Part shown: piece by piece, positions 9,976 through 19,506 of the stretch
Numbering within the stretch: the first letter of the stretch is position 1
Layout of the letters: the number at the start of each line of letters is the position of its first letter
Assembly (NCBI GenBank): GCA_021781215.1
Contig: JAJXXC010000002.1
Span: 147,371-211,370, forward strand
DNA: 64,000 bases
Source: a bacterium
Lineage (GTDB): Bacteria > Patescibacteriota > Saccharimonadia > Saccharimonadales > DATKHC01
Reading direction: 5' to 3'
Notes under the pieces: generated by a model
Database searches by the model: none
The model's input: only the letters and a program-made list of their open reading frames with translations
Told to the model about the DNA's origin: nothing
Program-made: the position numbers and the translations under genes

Positions 9976-10136
9976 GGGCTACTTAAGCCTTGTAGTTAAT
10001 TTTTACTATCGACCGCGTAGCGATCTCGGCCGGGCTACATCTGGATAAATATTATAAACCATCACGAATACTATGATTTTTCATGTACAATAATACACAG
10101 TAAACTTTTTAGAAAAAGGTAGGGTAGAATAGTAGC

Positions 10137-10628
10137 ATGTTGGTTTTTGTTAAAAAAATTTGGGAGTTTAGAACAATCCGTTTTATGGTCGTCGGGTCAT
10201 TCAATACGTTATTTGATATAAGTCTACTCCTAGCAATCGTTAAGTTATTTGGCCTGTCGTCAGTGATAGCTAATAGCATATCCGTTACTATAGCAATATC
10301 CGTTTCATATTTTTTGAATCATAGAATCGTATTTCGTCAAAAAGACGGGTTTTTAATTAGGCAATATATAAGATTTTTTCTTATAACCGGTATCGGGATT
10401 ATCTTAATCCAAGATGCGGTAATTTATTTAGTAACGGATAAGCTGTGGATTATTGACAAGGCTAGAGTCGCTACATTATTTGGACAATCGTTCCATCTAA
10501 AAATACTCGAATTATTGGCCGCAAAACTTATCGCAGTGGTCATAGGCTTGTTCTGGAATTTTACACTGTATAAATATGCAGTATTTAAGGACGGCAGCAT
10601 TAAAGAGGATAGGTTAATCGTCGGCTAA
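10137..10628 (+). CDS. GtrA-family membrane protein
   Basis: 163 aa, 4 predicted TM. RFMVVGSFNTLFDISLL at the N-terminus and WNFTLYKYAVF at the C-terminus are GtrA hallmarks. Confidence 0.8.
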   Translation: MLVFVKKIWEFRTIRFMVVGSFNTLFDISLLLAIVKLFGLSSVIANSISVTIAISVSYFLNHRIVFRQKDGFLIRQYIRFFLITGIGIILIQDAVIYLVTDKLWIIDKARVATLFGQSFHLKILELLAAKLIAVVIGLFWNFTLYKYAVFKDGSIKEDRLIVG

Positions 10629-10688
10629 ACTGTCGCTATTATGTTAAAGTAACGGTAAGATAATACAGATAATCAGGGAGAGAATAAT

Positions 10689-11669
10689 ATGTCTAAGAGT
10701 GCATTAATTACCGGTATTGCGGGTCAGGATGGATTTTATTTAGCTGAACTATTAAACAAAAAAGGCTATAAGGTTTTTGGGGTTATGAGGGGGCAGTCTA
10801 ATCCAAAAACCGAAGAGATAAAAAAGTCATTACCATACGTAAATATAATTGAGGCCGATCTAACTGATCAATCTTCGCTAAGTAGAGCAATAGAAGTAGC
10901 TACACCCGACGAGGTTTATAATTTAGCAGCAGTCAGCCACGTTGGCTATTCATTTAAAAATCCTCAGCTTACAGTAGACGTAACGGGCAAGGGTGTACTC
11001 AATATGCTAGAGGCCATTAGACTAACCGGTGGAAGCAAATCTGTTAAATTCTATCAGGCATCTACCTCAGAGATGTATGGTGGCGTAGGTGATAACATGC
11101 CAAAGACGGGATACAATGAAGAATCTCCATTTCACCCCAGGAGTCCTTACGGTGTTGCTAAATTATATGGCCACTGGATCACTATTAATTATCGAGAGAG
11201 CTATGGTATGTTTGCTTCTTGCGGGATATTGTTTAACCATGAAAGCCCTAAGCGGGGCATGGAATTTGTTACTAGAAAGATTAGTAATGCGGTCGCAAGA
11301 ATTAAACTAGGCAAACAAGATTACATTGAACTTGGAAACTTAGATGCTAAACGAGACTGGGGTTTTGCCGGAGATTATGTCGAGGGTATGTGGAGAATGT
11401 TGCAACAAGATAAACCGGGTGAATTTGTTTTAGCCACCGGAGAAACATACTCAATCAAAGATTTCCTAACAGCTTCATTCAAGGAAATAGGAATAACTGA
11501 CTGGAAGCCATACGTAAAGCAAAACTCTGCATTTATGAGACCTGCCGAAGTTAATATCCTATTGGGTGATTCATCAAAAGCTGAACGTGAACTTGGGTGG
11601 AAAAGAAAAGTAGATTTTGAACAACTAGTTAAGACGATGGTTCAATCAGACATTGAAGCCGAGAGCTAA
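10689..11669 (+). CDS. gmd: GDP-mannose 4,6-dehydratase
   Basis: 326 aa. ALITGIAGQDGFYLAELLNKKGYKVFG, YGVAKLYGHW (YxxxK) and ILFNHESPKRG are all Gmd-typical. AGGGAGAG Shine-Dalgarno. Confidence 0.9.
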   Translation: MSKSALITGIAGQDGFYLAELLNKKGYKVFGVMRGQSNPKTEEIKKSLPYVNIIEADLTDQSSLSRAIEVATPDEVYNLAAVSHVGYSFKNPQLTVDVTGKGVLNMLEAIRLTGGSKSVKFYQASTSEMYGGVGDNMPKTGYNEESPFHPRSPYGVAKLYGHWITINYRESYGMFASCGILFNHESPKRGMEFVTRKISNAVARIKLGKQDYIELGNLDAKRDWGFAGDYVEGMWRMLQQDKPGEFVLATGETYSIKDFLTASFKEIGITDWKPYVKQNSAFMRPAEVNILLGDSSKAERELGWKRKVDFEQLVKTMVQSDIEAES

Positions 11670-11684
11670 ACACGACCTAAATAG

Positions 11685-12692
11685 TTATTTATGAAATTTA
11701 TTTCTAAAGGCTCTAAGCTTAGTGGCATTCGGTGGAAGATCGTAGCTAATGATAGATTTTATATAGTCCAAGCTAACTTTTCTATTTCTTTGAATCTTAC
11801 TTCGTTGAATTAGTTTCTTTGGTAAAAGAGCTACCGATACAATCAATCCTTTTATTGCGTATATGCCTTGGCCTCGTTGGATAGAACTCAATATAAAACC
11901 ACAATAAGCCAGAGCAAGCCGGGGCACCACAGTCGGCAGTAAACTAAAGGGAACATCCTTGACTACAATCCAGGGCAGATTCTTCATTGTCTGATAGGTC
12001 GTAAATCCCTTAATCTTGCTGCTGCTAGCTCCAATCCGGTGATAGGCCGTAGCTTCTGGAGCATATTTAACCTTCCAGCCGGCTAGCTGTGCTCTAAAAC
12101 TGATATCAATATCTTCGTAATAGGCAAAAAAGTCATTATCGAATAAACCAATCTCATTCAGCATCTCTATTCTATATATGCTAGCTCCACCACTAGCACC
12201 AAATACTTCAGTTGAATCATCATATTTAGTGCTTACTGCTTCATCTCTGCCTCTTGGAAATGGTAAACCCCAACTAGTGTATAGATCTCCAGTGCTGTCC
12301 AATTTTTTTCTATCTATGGTCATAAACTTACATGTTGCAATGCCAACCCCAGGATTTTTGTCTAAAGAGTCTACTAGATGATCCAACCAATGCACGTCAG
12401 CAACCGCATCATCATTTAGTAATGCTATATAATCTAATTCAAGTTTAATGGCTCGCTTGATTCCCTGATTAACTCCACCCGCAAACCCCAAATTCTTCTG
12501 ATTTAAAATTAAATCAACGGTTGGATAGTTTTTCTGAATAATTTCAAGAGATCCGTCAGTAGACCCGTTATCTATCAGAATAATCTGAGTTTTGAGAGTT
12601 TGAGCCAATAGGGAATCCAAACAATCACTTATTGAGTCTTTTCCGTTCCAATTAAGAACTACTACGGCAGTTTTGGGCATCGACTTAATCAT
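11685..12692 (-). CDS. Glycosyltransferase, GT2 family (rhamnosyltransferase-like)
   Basis: 335 aa. VVVLNWNGKDSISDCLDSLLAQT...IILIDNGSTDGS and ..LLNDDAV (DxD-type) motifs. Confidence 0.85.
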   Translation of the reverse strand: MIKSMPKTAVVVLNWNGKDSISDCLDSLLAQTLKTQIILIDNGSTDGSLEIIQKNYPTVDLILNQKNLGFAGGVNQGIKRAIKLELDYIALLNDDAVADVHWLDHLVDSLDKNPGVGIATCKFMTIDRKKLDSTGDLYTSWGLPFPRGRDEAVSTKYDDSTEVFGASGGASIYRIEMLNEIGLFDNDFFAYYEDIDISFRAQLAGWKVKYAPEATAYHRIGASSSKIKGFTTYQTMKNLPWIVVKDVPFSLLPTVVPRLALAYCGFILSSIQRGQGIYAIKGLIVSVALLPKKLIQRSKIQRNRKVSLDYIKSIISYDLPPNATKLRAFRNKFHK

Positions 12693-12720
12693 CCTTTTTA
12701 TCTATAATACCCTATATTAT

Positions 12721-13524
12721 ATGTTTAAACGTATCTTATCTAAGCAGAACCGGGTTTTGCTGTCAGAACTAGTTCGCACTGATTTTAAACTTCGCTATCA
12801 AGATTCAGTTCTTGGTTACGCATGGTCACTACTTCGTCCACTACTCATATTTATAATTTTATACATTGTCTTTGTTAAGTTCTTAAAAGTTGGCGCCGGC
12901 ACACCACATTATGCCCAATATCTATTGTTTGGAATTGTGATTTGGAACTTCTTCCTTGAAATGACTTTGCAAAGCCTAGGGTCAATCGTTGGTAGGGGCG
13001 ATCTCATTCGTAAAATCCGAATTCCGAGGTGGATTATTGTTTTAAGCAGTAGCTTCTCGGCAGTAATAAATTTTCTTTTGAACCTGGTAATAATTGCTAT
13101 ATTTATGGCTATTGGCCATATTGTGCCCAGTCACCTGGTTATACTACTGCCCTTAATATTTCTAGAGGTCTATTTATTTGCTCTTGGCATTTCTTTTTTT
13201 CTATCCGCCGCATTTGTCAAATACCGTGATATTAGCTATATCTGGGAGGTTATTATTCAGGCCGGGTTTTATATAACCCCAATATTGTACCCGCTATCCC
13301 GCATTACAAATGTTACCTTTCAGAAGCTGCTAATACTTAATCCAATGGCTCAAGCGCTTCAAGATGCTCGCTATGTATTAATTACCAAAAAGACACTAAT
13401 ATCTAATCATATTTTTAACGGTGGATGGCATCAATTTATACCATACTCTATTGTTGCCCTGGTATTAATTATCGGAATATCTTATTTCAGGAAACAATCT
13501 AAATATTTCGGAGAAAACATATAG
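12721..13524 (+). CDS. wzm: Polysaccharide ABC exporter permease (ABC-2 / Wzm / TagG type)
   Basis: The track start at 12673 overlaps the divergent GT2 gene; ATG at 12721 (MFKRILSKQ..) is more likely. DFKLRYQDSVLGYAWSLLRPLL is the Wzm/TagG signature. 6 predicted TM. Confidence 0.85.
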   Translation: MFKRILSKQNRVLLSELVRTDFKLRYQDSVLGYAWSLLRPLLIFIILYIVFVKFLKVGAGTPHYAQYLLFGIVIWNFFLEMTLQSLGSIVGRGDLIRKIRIPRWIIVLSSSFSAVINFLLNLVIIAIFMAIGHIVPSHLVILLPLIFLEVYLFALGISFFLSAAFVKYRDISYIWEVIIQAGFYITPILYPLSRITNVTFQKLLILNPMAQALQDARYVLITKKTLISNHIFNGGWHQFIPYSIVALVLIIGISYFRKQSKYFGENI

Positions 13525-13526
13525 CC

Positions 13527-14795
13527 ATGGAAGATGACATTGCAATTAGCGTCAAGAATGTAAGTAAGACCTTTAAGTTGCCGCATGAGAAAAACACATC
13601 TATTAAGAGCGCGTTTGTTAATTTCTATAAGCGTGATAAAGGCTACGAGGAGCAAGAAGCGCTTAAAGACATATCATTTGACATTAAGAAGGGTGAATTT
13701 TTTGGTGTTGTTGGTAGAAACGGAAGTGGAAAGAGCACACTACTAAAAATATTAGCCGGAATATATAGTCCAAATACCGGCAGCGTTCAAGTCAATGGAA
13801 AGCTAATCCCATTTATTGAACTCGGCGTAGGATTTAGTCCAGAGTTGTCGGGCCGTGACAATGTATTTCTCAATGGATCACTATTGGGTTTCAGTCGCAA
13901 AGAAATGAAAGAAATGTACGATGATATCGTTAAATTTGCCGAGATCGAAAGGTTTATGGATCAAAAACTAAAAAATTATTCGTCTGGCATGCAGGTCCGT
14001 CTGGCATTTTCTATAGCCATTCGTGCAAAAAGTGAAATTTTACTTATTGATGAAGTTTTAGCTGTTGGTGATGCCGCTTTTCAGACTAAATGTTTCGACT
14101 ATTTCTACGAACTAAAGAAAACTGATACAACAGTAATATTCGTATCGCATGACAGGGGCTCTTTGGAAAGGTTTTGTGAGAGAGGGATTTTGATAGAAGA
14201 AGGTAAGATGATTGAATCTGGTACCATACAAGAAGTCCTTAGAAGCTATAGCGATATAGTATTTAAAGAGCTAGACCAGGCTTCTGAGGCGCAAACTGAA
14301 GCCGAAGGTGAAGCTAGGCCAATAAATAAACAGGGAAAAGTAGAATACGCGCACATAGATAAGGTTAGTACGTATGATGAAAAAGGTAACCTAAAAAAGA
14401 ATTTTCAATTTGGTGAAAAGATTTCACTAGAATTCACCGTGAATATAAAAAGGAAGATTGAGAACCCAATTATTGGAGTTACGGTGTGGTGTAAGAATGT
14501 CGATAAGGCGGTGTATGCAAATAATACCCTAATTGACGGCATTAAAGATACCGGTGTTTTTTTGGCAGGAGAAAAAATTATTCTAAAATTATCTCTACCA
14601 AAGTTATTAAATGATGGAGAATATTATATTGAACCGGCAATTGCTAACGAATCGGCATCAACTTTTTATGATCAAAAAATTAAAGCTGCAACATTCTTTA
14701 TTTCTGGAAGCAGCAACCCACATTCAATTATCTCCGGTACTGATAAATTAAAGCTTGAGGTATTGAAAAAAGGCGATGCGACTAAACAAAGCTAA
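13527..14795 (+). CDS. wzt: Polysaccharide ABC exporter ATPase with C-terminal extension (Wzt type)
   Basis: 422 aa. Walker A GRNGSGKST, signature YSSGMQVRLAF, Walker B LLIDEVLAVGD. About 170 extra C-terminal residues, as in Wzt proteins that carry a glycan-binding domain. Confidence 0.9.
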   Translation: MEDDIAISVKNVSKTFKLPHEKNTSIKSAFVNFYKRDKGYEEQEALKDISFDIKKGEFFGVVGRNGSGKSTLLKILAGIYSPNTGSVQVNGKLIPFIELGVGFSPELSGRDNVFLNGSLLGFSRKEMKEMYDDIVKFAEIERFMDQKLKNYSSGMQVRLAFSIAIRAKSEILLIDEVLAVGDAAFQTKCFDYFYELKKTDTTVIFVSHDRGSLERFCERGILIEEGKMIESGTIQEVLRSYSDIVFKELDQASEAQTEAEGEARPINKQGKVEYAHIDKVSTYDEKGNLKKNFQFGEKISLEFTVNIKRKIENPIIGVTVWCKNVDKAVYANNTLIDGIKDTGVFLAGEKIILKLSLPKLLNDGEYYIEPAIANESASTFYDQKIKAATFFISGSSNPHSIISGTDKLKLEVLKKGDATKQS

Positions 14796-15723
14796 ACTGA
14801 GGGCTATTTCTAACAAGGGTCGCAGTATTAAAAATACCCTAATTCGGTCTAACCCAACTGAAGTAGCTAAACGCAGAATAGTTAAATTTAAATATCGAGA
14901 AGCCAGCAGGGCTATTAGAATAAAACGTTCCGAATCTACCAAGATCGCTGTGGTTATTCATCTTTATTACCCAGATAGCTGGAGTTTGTTTGCTAAATCA
15001 ATAGCAAGAATAGATGATAAATTTGATCTATTTATTACACTGCCAAGCAAGAATGCCCATTTTGCAAAAAATATAATCAAAGACTTTGAAAATGCTCAAG
15101 TAATTATAGTTCCAAATCATGGTAGGGATGTCTTGCCGTTTTTAATAGTACTGAAGGTAATCAGAAAATTAGGGTATGTATATGTACTAAAACTTCACTC
15201 TAAAAAATCAACCCACAGGACAGATGGTAGTCGGTGGCTGGAAACTATGGTTAATGATTTATTGCCGACTAACCCCGAAATTATGAAGCAGATGCTTAGA
15301 TCTTTGGAATATAAAGATACCGGAATTATCGGACCGAATAATCAATATCTTAACTTAAGTGTTAATTTTGAAGCAAACGGTAGGCATATGACGAAGATAT
15401 TAACTAAAATCTACTCTAGGGAAGTCGCCAATCAAGTATTGCAAACCAATAGATTAGATTATGGTTTCTTTGCTGGAACTATGTTCTGGGCAAGGCTAGA
15501 CGCTCTTAAGCCGATATTAGATCAATCATTTGAAGCCACGGACTTTGAGTCTGAAAGTGGTCAAATTGATGGCACTATGTCTCATGCGCTTGAGCGAGTA
15601 TTGTCGTTAGTGTCTGAAATTGAAAACCGAAAAATGTACGAAGTAAGCCCTATGGGGGTAAAATTACTTAGCTACAAAACAGACAACATCCCTGATTGGT
15701 CTGATGTATACATTGGACCGTAA
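14776..15723 (+). CDS. Rhamnan synthesis protein F (RgpF)-like glycosyltransferase
   Basis: 315 aa. AVVIHLYYPDSW...FDLFITLP...VPNHGRDVLPFL...LKLHSKKS follows the RgpF family pattern. Start overlaps the wzt end by 20 nt. Confidence 0.7.
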   Translation: MRLNKAKLRAISNKGRSIKNTLIRSNPTEVAKRRIVKFKYREASRAIRIKRSESTKIAVVIHLYYPDSWSLFAKSIARIDDKFDLFITLPSKNAHFAKNIIKDFENAQVIIVPNHGRDVLPFLIVLKVIRKLGYVYVLKLHSKKSTHRTDGSRWLETMVNDLLPTNPEIMKQMLRSLEYKDTGIIGPNNQYLNLSVNFEANGRHMTKILTKIYSREVANQVLQTNRLDYGFFAGTMFWARLDALKPILDQSFEATDFESESGQIDGTMSHALERVLSLVSEIENRKMYEVSPMGVKLLSYKTDNIPDWSDVYIGP

Positions 15724-15803
15724 TCATTAATAACAAGTAAAGTAATATTAACCAATCATCATAGGCGAGACAAATAAAAATCCGGCCGTCTGTAGATCTG
15801 TCT

Positions 15804-16211
15804 CTATGTTGATTCTTTAAGGACAAGTGGCATATCGGGTTCCATCTGGAGCTGCCATTTTTCTACATGCTCTTGATAGATATCGGGTGTTTGAAAATCA
15901 GATCTCTGTGGGTATGATCTAATAGTATTACCGCTAGGAGCATATGATTTATATTCTGAAATGGCAACTATTCGTCCTTCGGGATGTTTAATGGCTAGCT
16001 CATTAATAATACGCTGCTCGTCGTTTATCCATGGCCCCCTACCACTAGAATAAGAGGTAAAACCTTCGTTTGATAGTTCTCGTAGTACCTCGTCAATGTC
16101 AGTTATCTCTTTAGTAACCAATTGCTCAATGTCAGTTTTTGTAGTGTTCGGTTTTGCCATACGGCCTAAGGCATCACTTAAATTTTTTAATCTATTTTTA
16201 TTTTGTTTCAT
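15804..16211 (-). CDS. Hypothetical protein
   Basis: 135-aa ORF with no motif I recognise. Standalone between convergent and divergent glycan genes. Confidence 0.45.
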   Translation of the reverse strand: MKQNKNRLKNLSDALGRMAKPNTTKTDIEQLVTKEITDIDEVLRELSNEGFTSYSSGRGPWINDEQRIINELAIKHPEGRIVAISEYKSYAPSGNTIRSYPQRSDFQTPDIYQEHVEKWQLQMEPDMPLVLKEST

Positions 16212-16289
16212 TTAAATACATTAGCATTATTTAGGTATCTTGTCAATAAGAATTTATAACAAGTATAGTAAATTGTAGTCTATAACAGA

Positions 16290-17279
16290 TTAATTTCGAT
16301 TTTTATGTTCAAGAGACATTTTGTTGCGCACATTTGAATTACTAATATTTTTTAATGCGAAGTAGCGTCCGGCTTTTTCTGCCATGTTATAGAAAGGTGC
16401 TTCGATAAACCATACAATTTTTGATTTCGTTGTGTATTCTCGGTCACGATCAATAAATTTCCAGTCGGCAATTGTTGGTTTAATCCATCCCAATAAAAGC
16501 GATCGTCTGCTTGGAAGTAGATTTATTCCAACACTCTCTTGCAGGCCTATATACTCATCAAATTTACGATGAAAATATTGTTTGGCCGTATATCCATTTG
16601 AATGCCAAACCGAACCCTGCGGTGTGTATGCCTTAAAATAACCATGTTTAAGCATGTCTTCGGCAAGAGCTTGATCTTCAGCATAGTTAACATCACGGAA
16701 GGGTACTGGCCCAACTAAAAGGCTTCTCCTGGCTGCAGAGTTTACATCTGAGAAGAACCCATTAATACTAGAAATACTTTGTTTGTCGACCAGCGATTTA
16801 TCTCGATGTATTGATATTATGTCTGCGGCACCAAGACCTCCAAATACGCCAGCAACTTCTCGTTTAATAGTTGGTGCGGCATTTGGCCTAGGGATTTGTC
16901 TGCCAAATACACAGCCAACTCGCTCGTTTAGATAAAATGGCTCAATCATATTAATCAACCAACGATCAGAATAAGGTGTTGCGTCTTGTGATAGGAATAA
17001 AATGAATTCGCCCTTAGCCATTTTTGCAGCTCGTTGACGAGTACCGCCGTGACTAAATTCAGCATTTGGTATTTGCAACATTGTGAGTCTGGGTTTATAA
17101 CTAGCAAGGATCTCAAGGGTTTTATCAGTTGATCCCGAATCAATAACTAAAAGCTCAAGTTCATACCCAGTTGGTAATTTTTGGTACAAAATAGTTTCAA
17201 TAACCTCAGTTAGATACTGCTCGCCGTTAAATGTAGGTATAAATACACTAATATACTTATTGCTAGAGTTCTTGGACAT
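16290..17279 (-). CDS. Glycosyltransferase, GT2 family
   Basis: 329 aa. ISVFIPTFNGEQYLTEVIETILYQ...LLVIDSGSTDKT and ..FLSQDA motifs. Confidence 0.8.
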   Translation of the reverse strand: MSKNSSNKYISVFIPTFNGEQYLTEVIETILYQKLPTGYELELLVIDSGSTDKTLEILASYKPRLTMLQIPNAEFSHGGTRQRAAKMAKGEFILFLSQDATPYSDRWLINMIEPFYLNERVGCVFGRQIPRPNAAPTIKREVAGVFGGLGAADIISIHRDKSLVDKQSISSINGFFSDVNSAARRSLLVGPVPFRDVNYAEDQALAEDMLKHGYFKAYTPQGSVWHSNGYTAKQYFHRKFDEYIGLQESVGINLLPSRRSLLLGWIKPTIADWKFIDRDREYTTKSKIVWFIEAPFYNMAEKAGRYFALKNISNSNVRNKMSLEHKNRN

Positions 17280-18201
17280 AGTCCCAGGTCCTTTTTATTC
17301 CATCCTCAAGGTTAACTCGAGGAATTATTCCAAACTCATCATTGAAACGAGAAATGTCTAATACTATCTTATCAACAAAAGTTTTAGGCGTGGGAGTGTG
17401 TTTTTTATCTACACTATATCCTGTGCAACTTTCGATATGTTTAATTAATTCATTAACACTTTTACCACTACCACTACCAATGTTATATTCAGGAAATTTA
17501 TTAGCCTGTTGATAGCTATTAACCACCATAGTTATAAGATCATCAATAAAAAGATAGTCGCGTACCATTGATCCGTCACCATAGATGGTTATCGGTTCTT
17601 TTGTTAGGTAGTGATACAAAAATACTGGTATTACGCCTTGTTTGCCATGAATGTTTTGACCTGGACCGTATGGGTTGGCTGCCCGATAGACAATATAATC
17701 TAATCCGGATCGATGTTTGAAATAGCGAAGATAATGCTCGATAGTTAATTTTCCAATTCCATAAGGAGACCTTGGCGCTGGCGTGCTCGATTCATCAATT
17801 AGATCGCTATCGACATCTCCATAAACAGTGCCACCAGATGATAAAAAAATTACCTTTTTTACCTTTTGCTCAACACATACTTCAAATAGCTCAACACTAC
17901 CCCTAATATTGGTGTCAATATCTATAAACGGATCGTTATTGGCGGTTGCTGGGTTAGTGGAGGATATTAGGTGAAAAACGTAATCGACGCCACTAAGTAC
18001 ATTAACCAAGTCATCTCGGTTAAAGAAATCACCCGGAGCTATAGTTACATTACTAAGTTTTTCAAAAGGGTGGTCACTACCTATTTGATAGTTTGAGAAT
18101 TTATCAAAGACAATAATAGTATTATCGGTAACCTCACTTAGTCGATTAACTAAGTGGCGGCCTATAAAACCATCTGCTCCGAAAACAACAATCTTACTCA
18201 T
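17263..18201 (-). CDS. NAD-dependent sugar epimerase/dehydratase/reductase (extended SDR)
   Basis: 312 aa. VVFGADGFIGRHLV Rossmann motif and YGIGKLTIE (YxxxK). Overlaps both neighbouring genes. Confidence 0.85.
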   Translation of the reverse strand: MSKIVVFGADGFIGRHLVNRLSEVTDNTIIVFDKFSNYQIGSDHPFEKLSNVTIAPGDFFNRDDLVNVLSGVDYVFHLISSTNPATANNDPFIDIDTNIRGSVELFEVCVEQKVKKVIFLSSGGTVYGDVDSDLIDESSTPAPRSPYGIGKLTIEHYLRYFKHRSGLDYIVYRAANPYGPGQNIHGKQGVIPVFLYHYLTKEPITIYGDGSMVRDYLFIDDLITMVVNSYQQANKFPEYNIGSGSGKSVNELIKHIESCTGYSVDKKHTPTPKTFVDKIVLDISRFNDEFGIIPRVNLEDGIKRTWDYVQEL

Positions 18202-19457
18202 TTTTTGCGAGTCTCCCTCTCCACAATACTAACAAATTTTTCTCCCGATTCATCCCAGCTACTTTGTTTAATGCTTTTTGATGCTAGGTGTGCATATGCT
18301 GCAAGATCTGGTTTGGTGACTATCTCTGACAATTTGTTAGCTAGTGAGATTGGATCGGCTGGAGAATAGGCAATATATTCACTGTCTGACACTAGCCGAT
18401 TATTATCACCGTCGTTAACTACTGGGATGGTGCCACCGGCTAATAATTCCAAAGGTAATAGAGACATGTTGGTGAATGATAGAACCAGACCGGCGGCGCA
18501 TCTATTATATAGTTCATTCAACTCACTTATTTCTAGTGTCTTAAGATTATTGTATTGAAAGGGTATGTCGTAATTAGAAACATCATAGCCGACCATGTTG
18601 ATTGTGTAATCTGGATGTTTGCGGTGGAATAGGTCAAGCGCCATAACACCTATTTCAAAACCTCGTCTCTCAGTATATGGACGGGCGTAGAATAAGATTT
18701 CTTTACGTTTTCCACTATTAGTAAATGAATAAATATTTTCATCAGCTCCAAAACTGTAATAATCAGTAGACATACCATAATCAGCTCTGAGTTTTTTAGC
18801 CAACCAACCACCGGCAGTCACTCCGTAAAAACCGAATTTATAGCTATTTTCTGCTAAAGTATAAAGACCTCCTACTGGATAGAAATATGGCTCAAAATCT
18901 TGGACGAAATAAAATCTTTTAGCGTCTAGTTTTGAGTTATAGGCCGCATAGGCTGTTTCCCAACTGGTGGCAAAAATGCCGTCAGCTTCCGCCATGTGTT
19001 CATCTTCATCCAACCATTCCATCTCTGCATTAACTGAGTGATATGAATCACCCATAATTGCTTTTATGTCGCTAATCTTACTCTTACCTTTCTGGCTATA
19101 TATATAAATCCGGCACGTGTGCCCGTTGGTTTCTAGATAGTGAATAAATCTAAAAATATTTAAGTGTCCGCCACTACCTTTTCCTGGAGGCGGCATAATC
19201 CAATTGAATGTCAAAGATTGTTTGTTTGAGCCTTTCCATGGCCTAATTGGTTGATGGAAGTCTGCCCTTAGAGCATCTTCATATCTAACATTAGTATGGA
19301 TAGATCCACCAACATGACTTGATTTAGAAGTGTTTTTACTTACTAGTCGTAGATATTTGGCAATAAATTCAAAGATTAGAGCTGTGAAGTTTAATATTCC
19401 TTCTTCACGAAATACTTTCAAACTAACCCTAAACTTCCGCATCATTTTTTTTAGCAT
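18198..19457 (-). CDS. Glycosyltransferase (WsaF-like rhamnosyltransferase fold, tentative)
   Basis: 419 aa. PPGKGSGGHLNIFRFIHYLETNGHTCRIYIY resembles the N-terminal domain of WsaF-type enzymes. C-terminal half resembles a GT-B fold. Confidence 0.55.
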   Translation of the reverse strand: MLKKMMRKFRVSLKVFREEGILNFTALIFEFIAKYLRLVSKNTSKSSHVGGSIHTNVRYEDALRADFHQPIRPWKGSNKQSLTFNWIMPPPGKGSGGHLNIFRFIHYLETNGHTCRIYIYSQKGKSKISDIKAIMGDSYHSVNAEMEWLDEDEHMAEADGIFATSWETAYAAYNSKLDAKRFYFVQDFEPYFYPVGGLYTLAENSYKFGFYGVTAGGWLAKKLRADYGMSTDYYSFGADENIYSFTNSGKRKEILFYARPYTERRGFEIGVMALDLFHRKHPDYTINMVGYDVSNYDIPFQYNNLKTLEISELNELYNRCAAGLVLSFTNMSLLPLELLAGGTIPVVNDGDNNRLVSDSEYIAYSPADPISLANKLSEIVTKPDLAAYAHLASKSIKQSSWDESGEKFVSIVERETRKK

Positions 19458-19506
19458 CGTCTGTTAATTGTACACTGTTCGGATCTATATAGACAACTGA
19501 TGGATC

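Noticed and set aside
19445-19452. A8/T8 homopolymer at codons 2-5 of the WsaF-like transferase gene as a phase-variation tract
   Set aside because: Runs of 7-8 A/T occur repeatedly in this AT-rich sequence (for example 6718..6725 and 42955..42962, also inside genes). One modest tract is not evidence for slipped-strand switching without read-level length variation.
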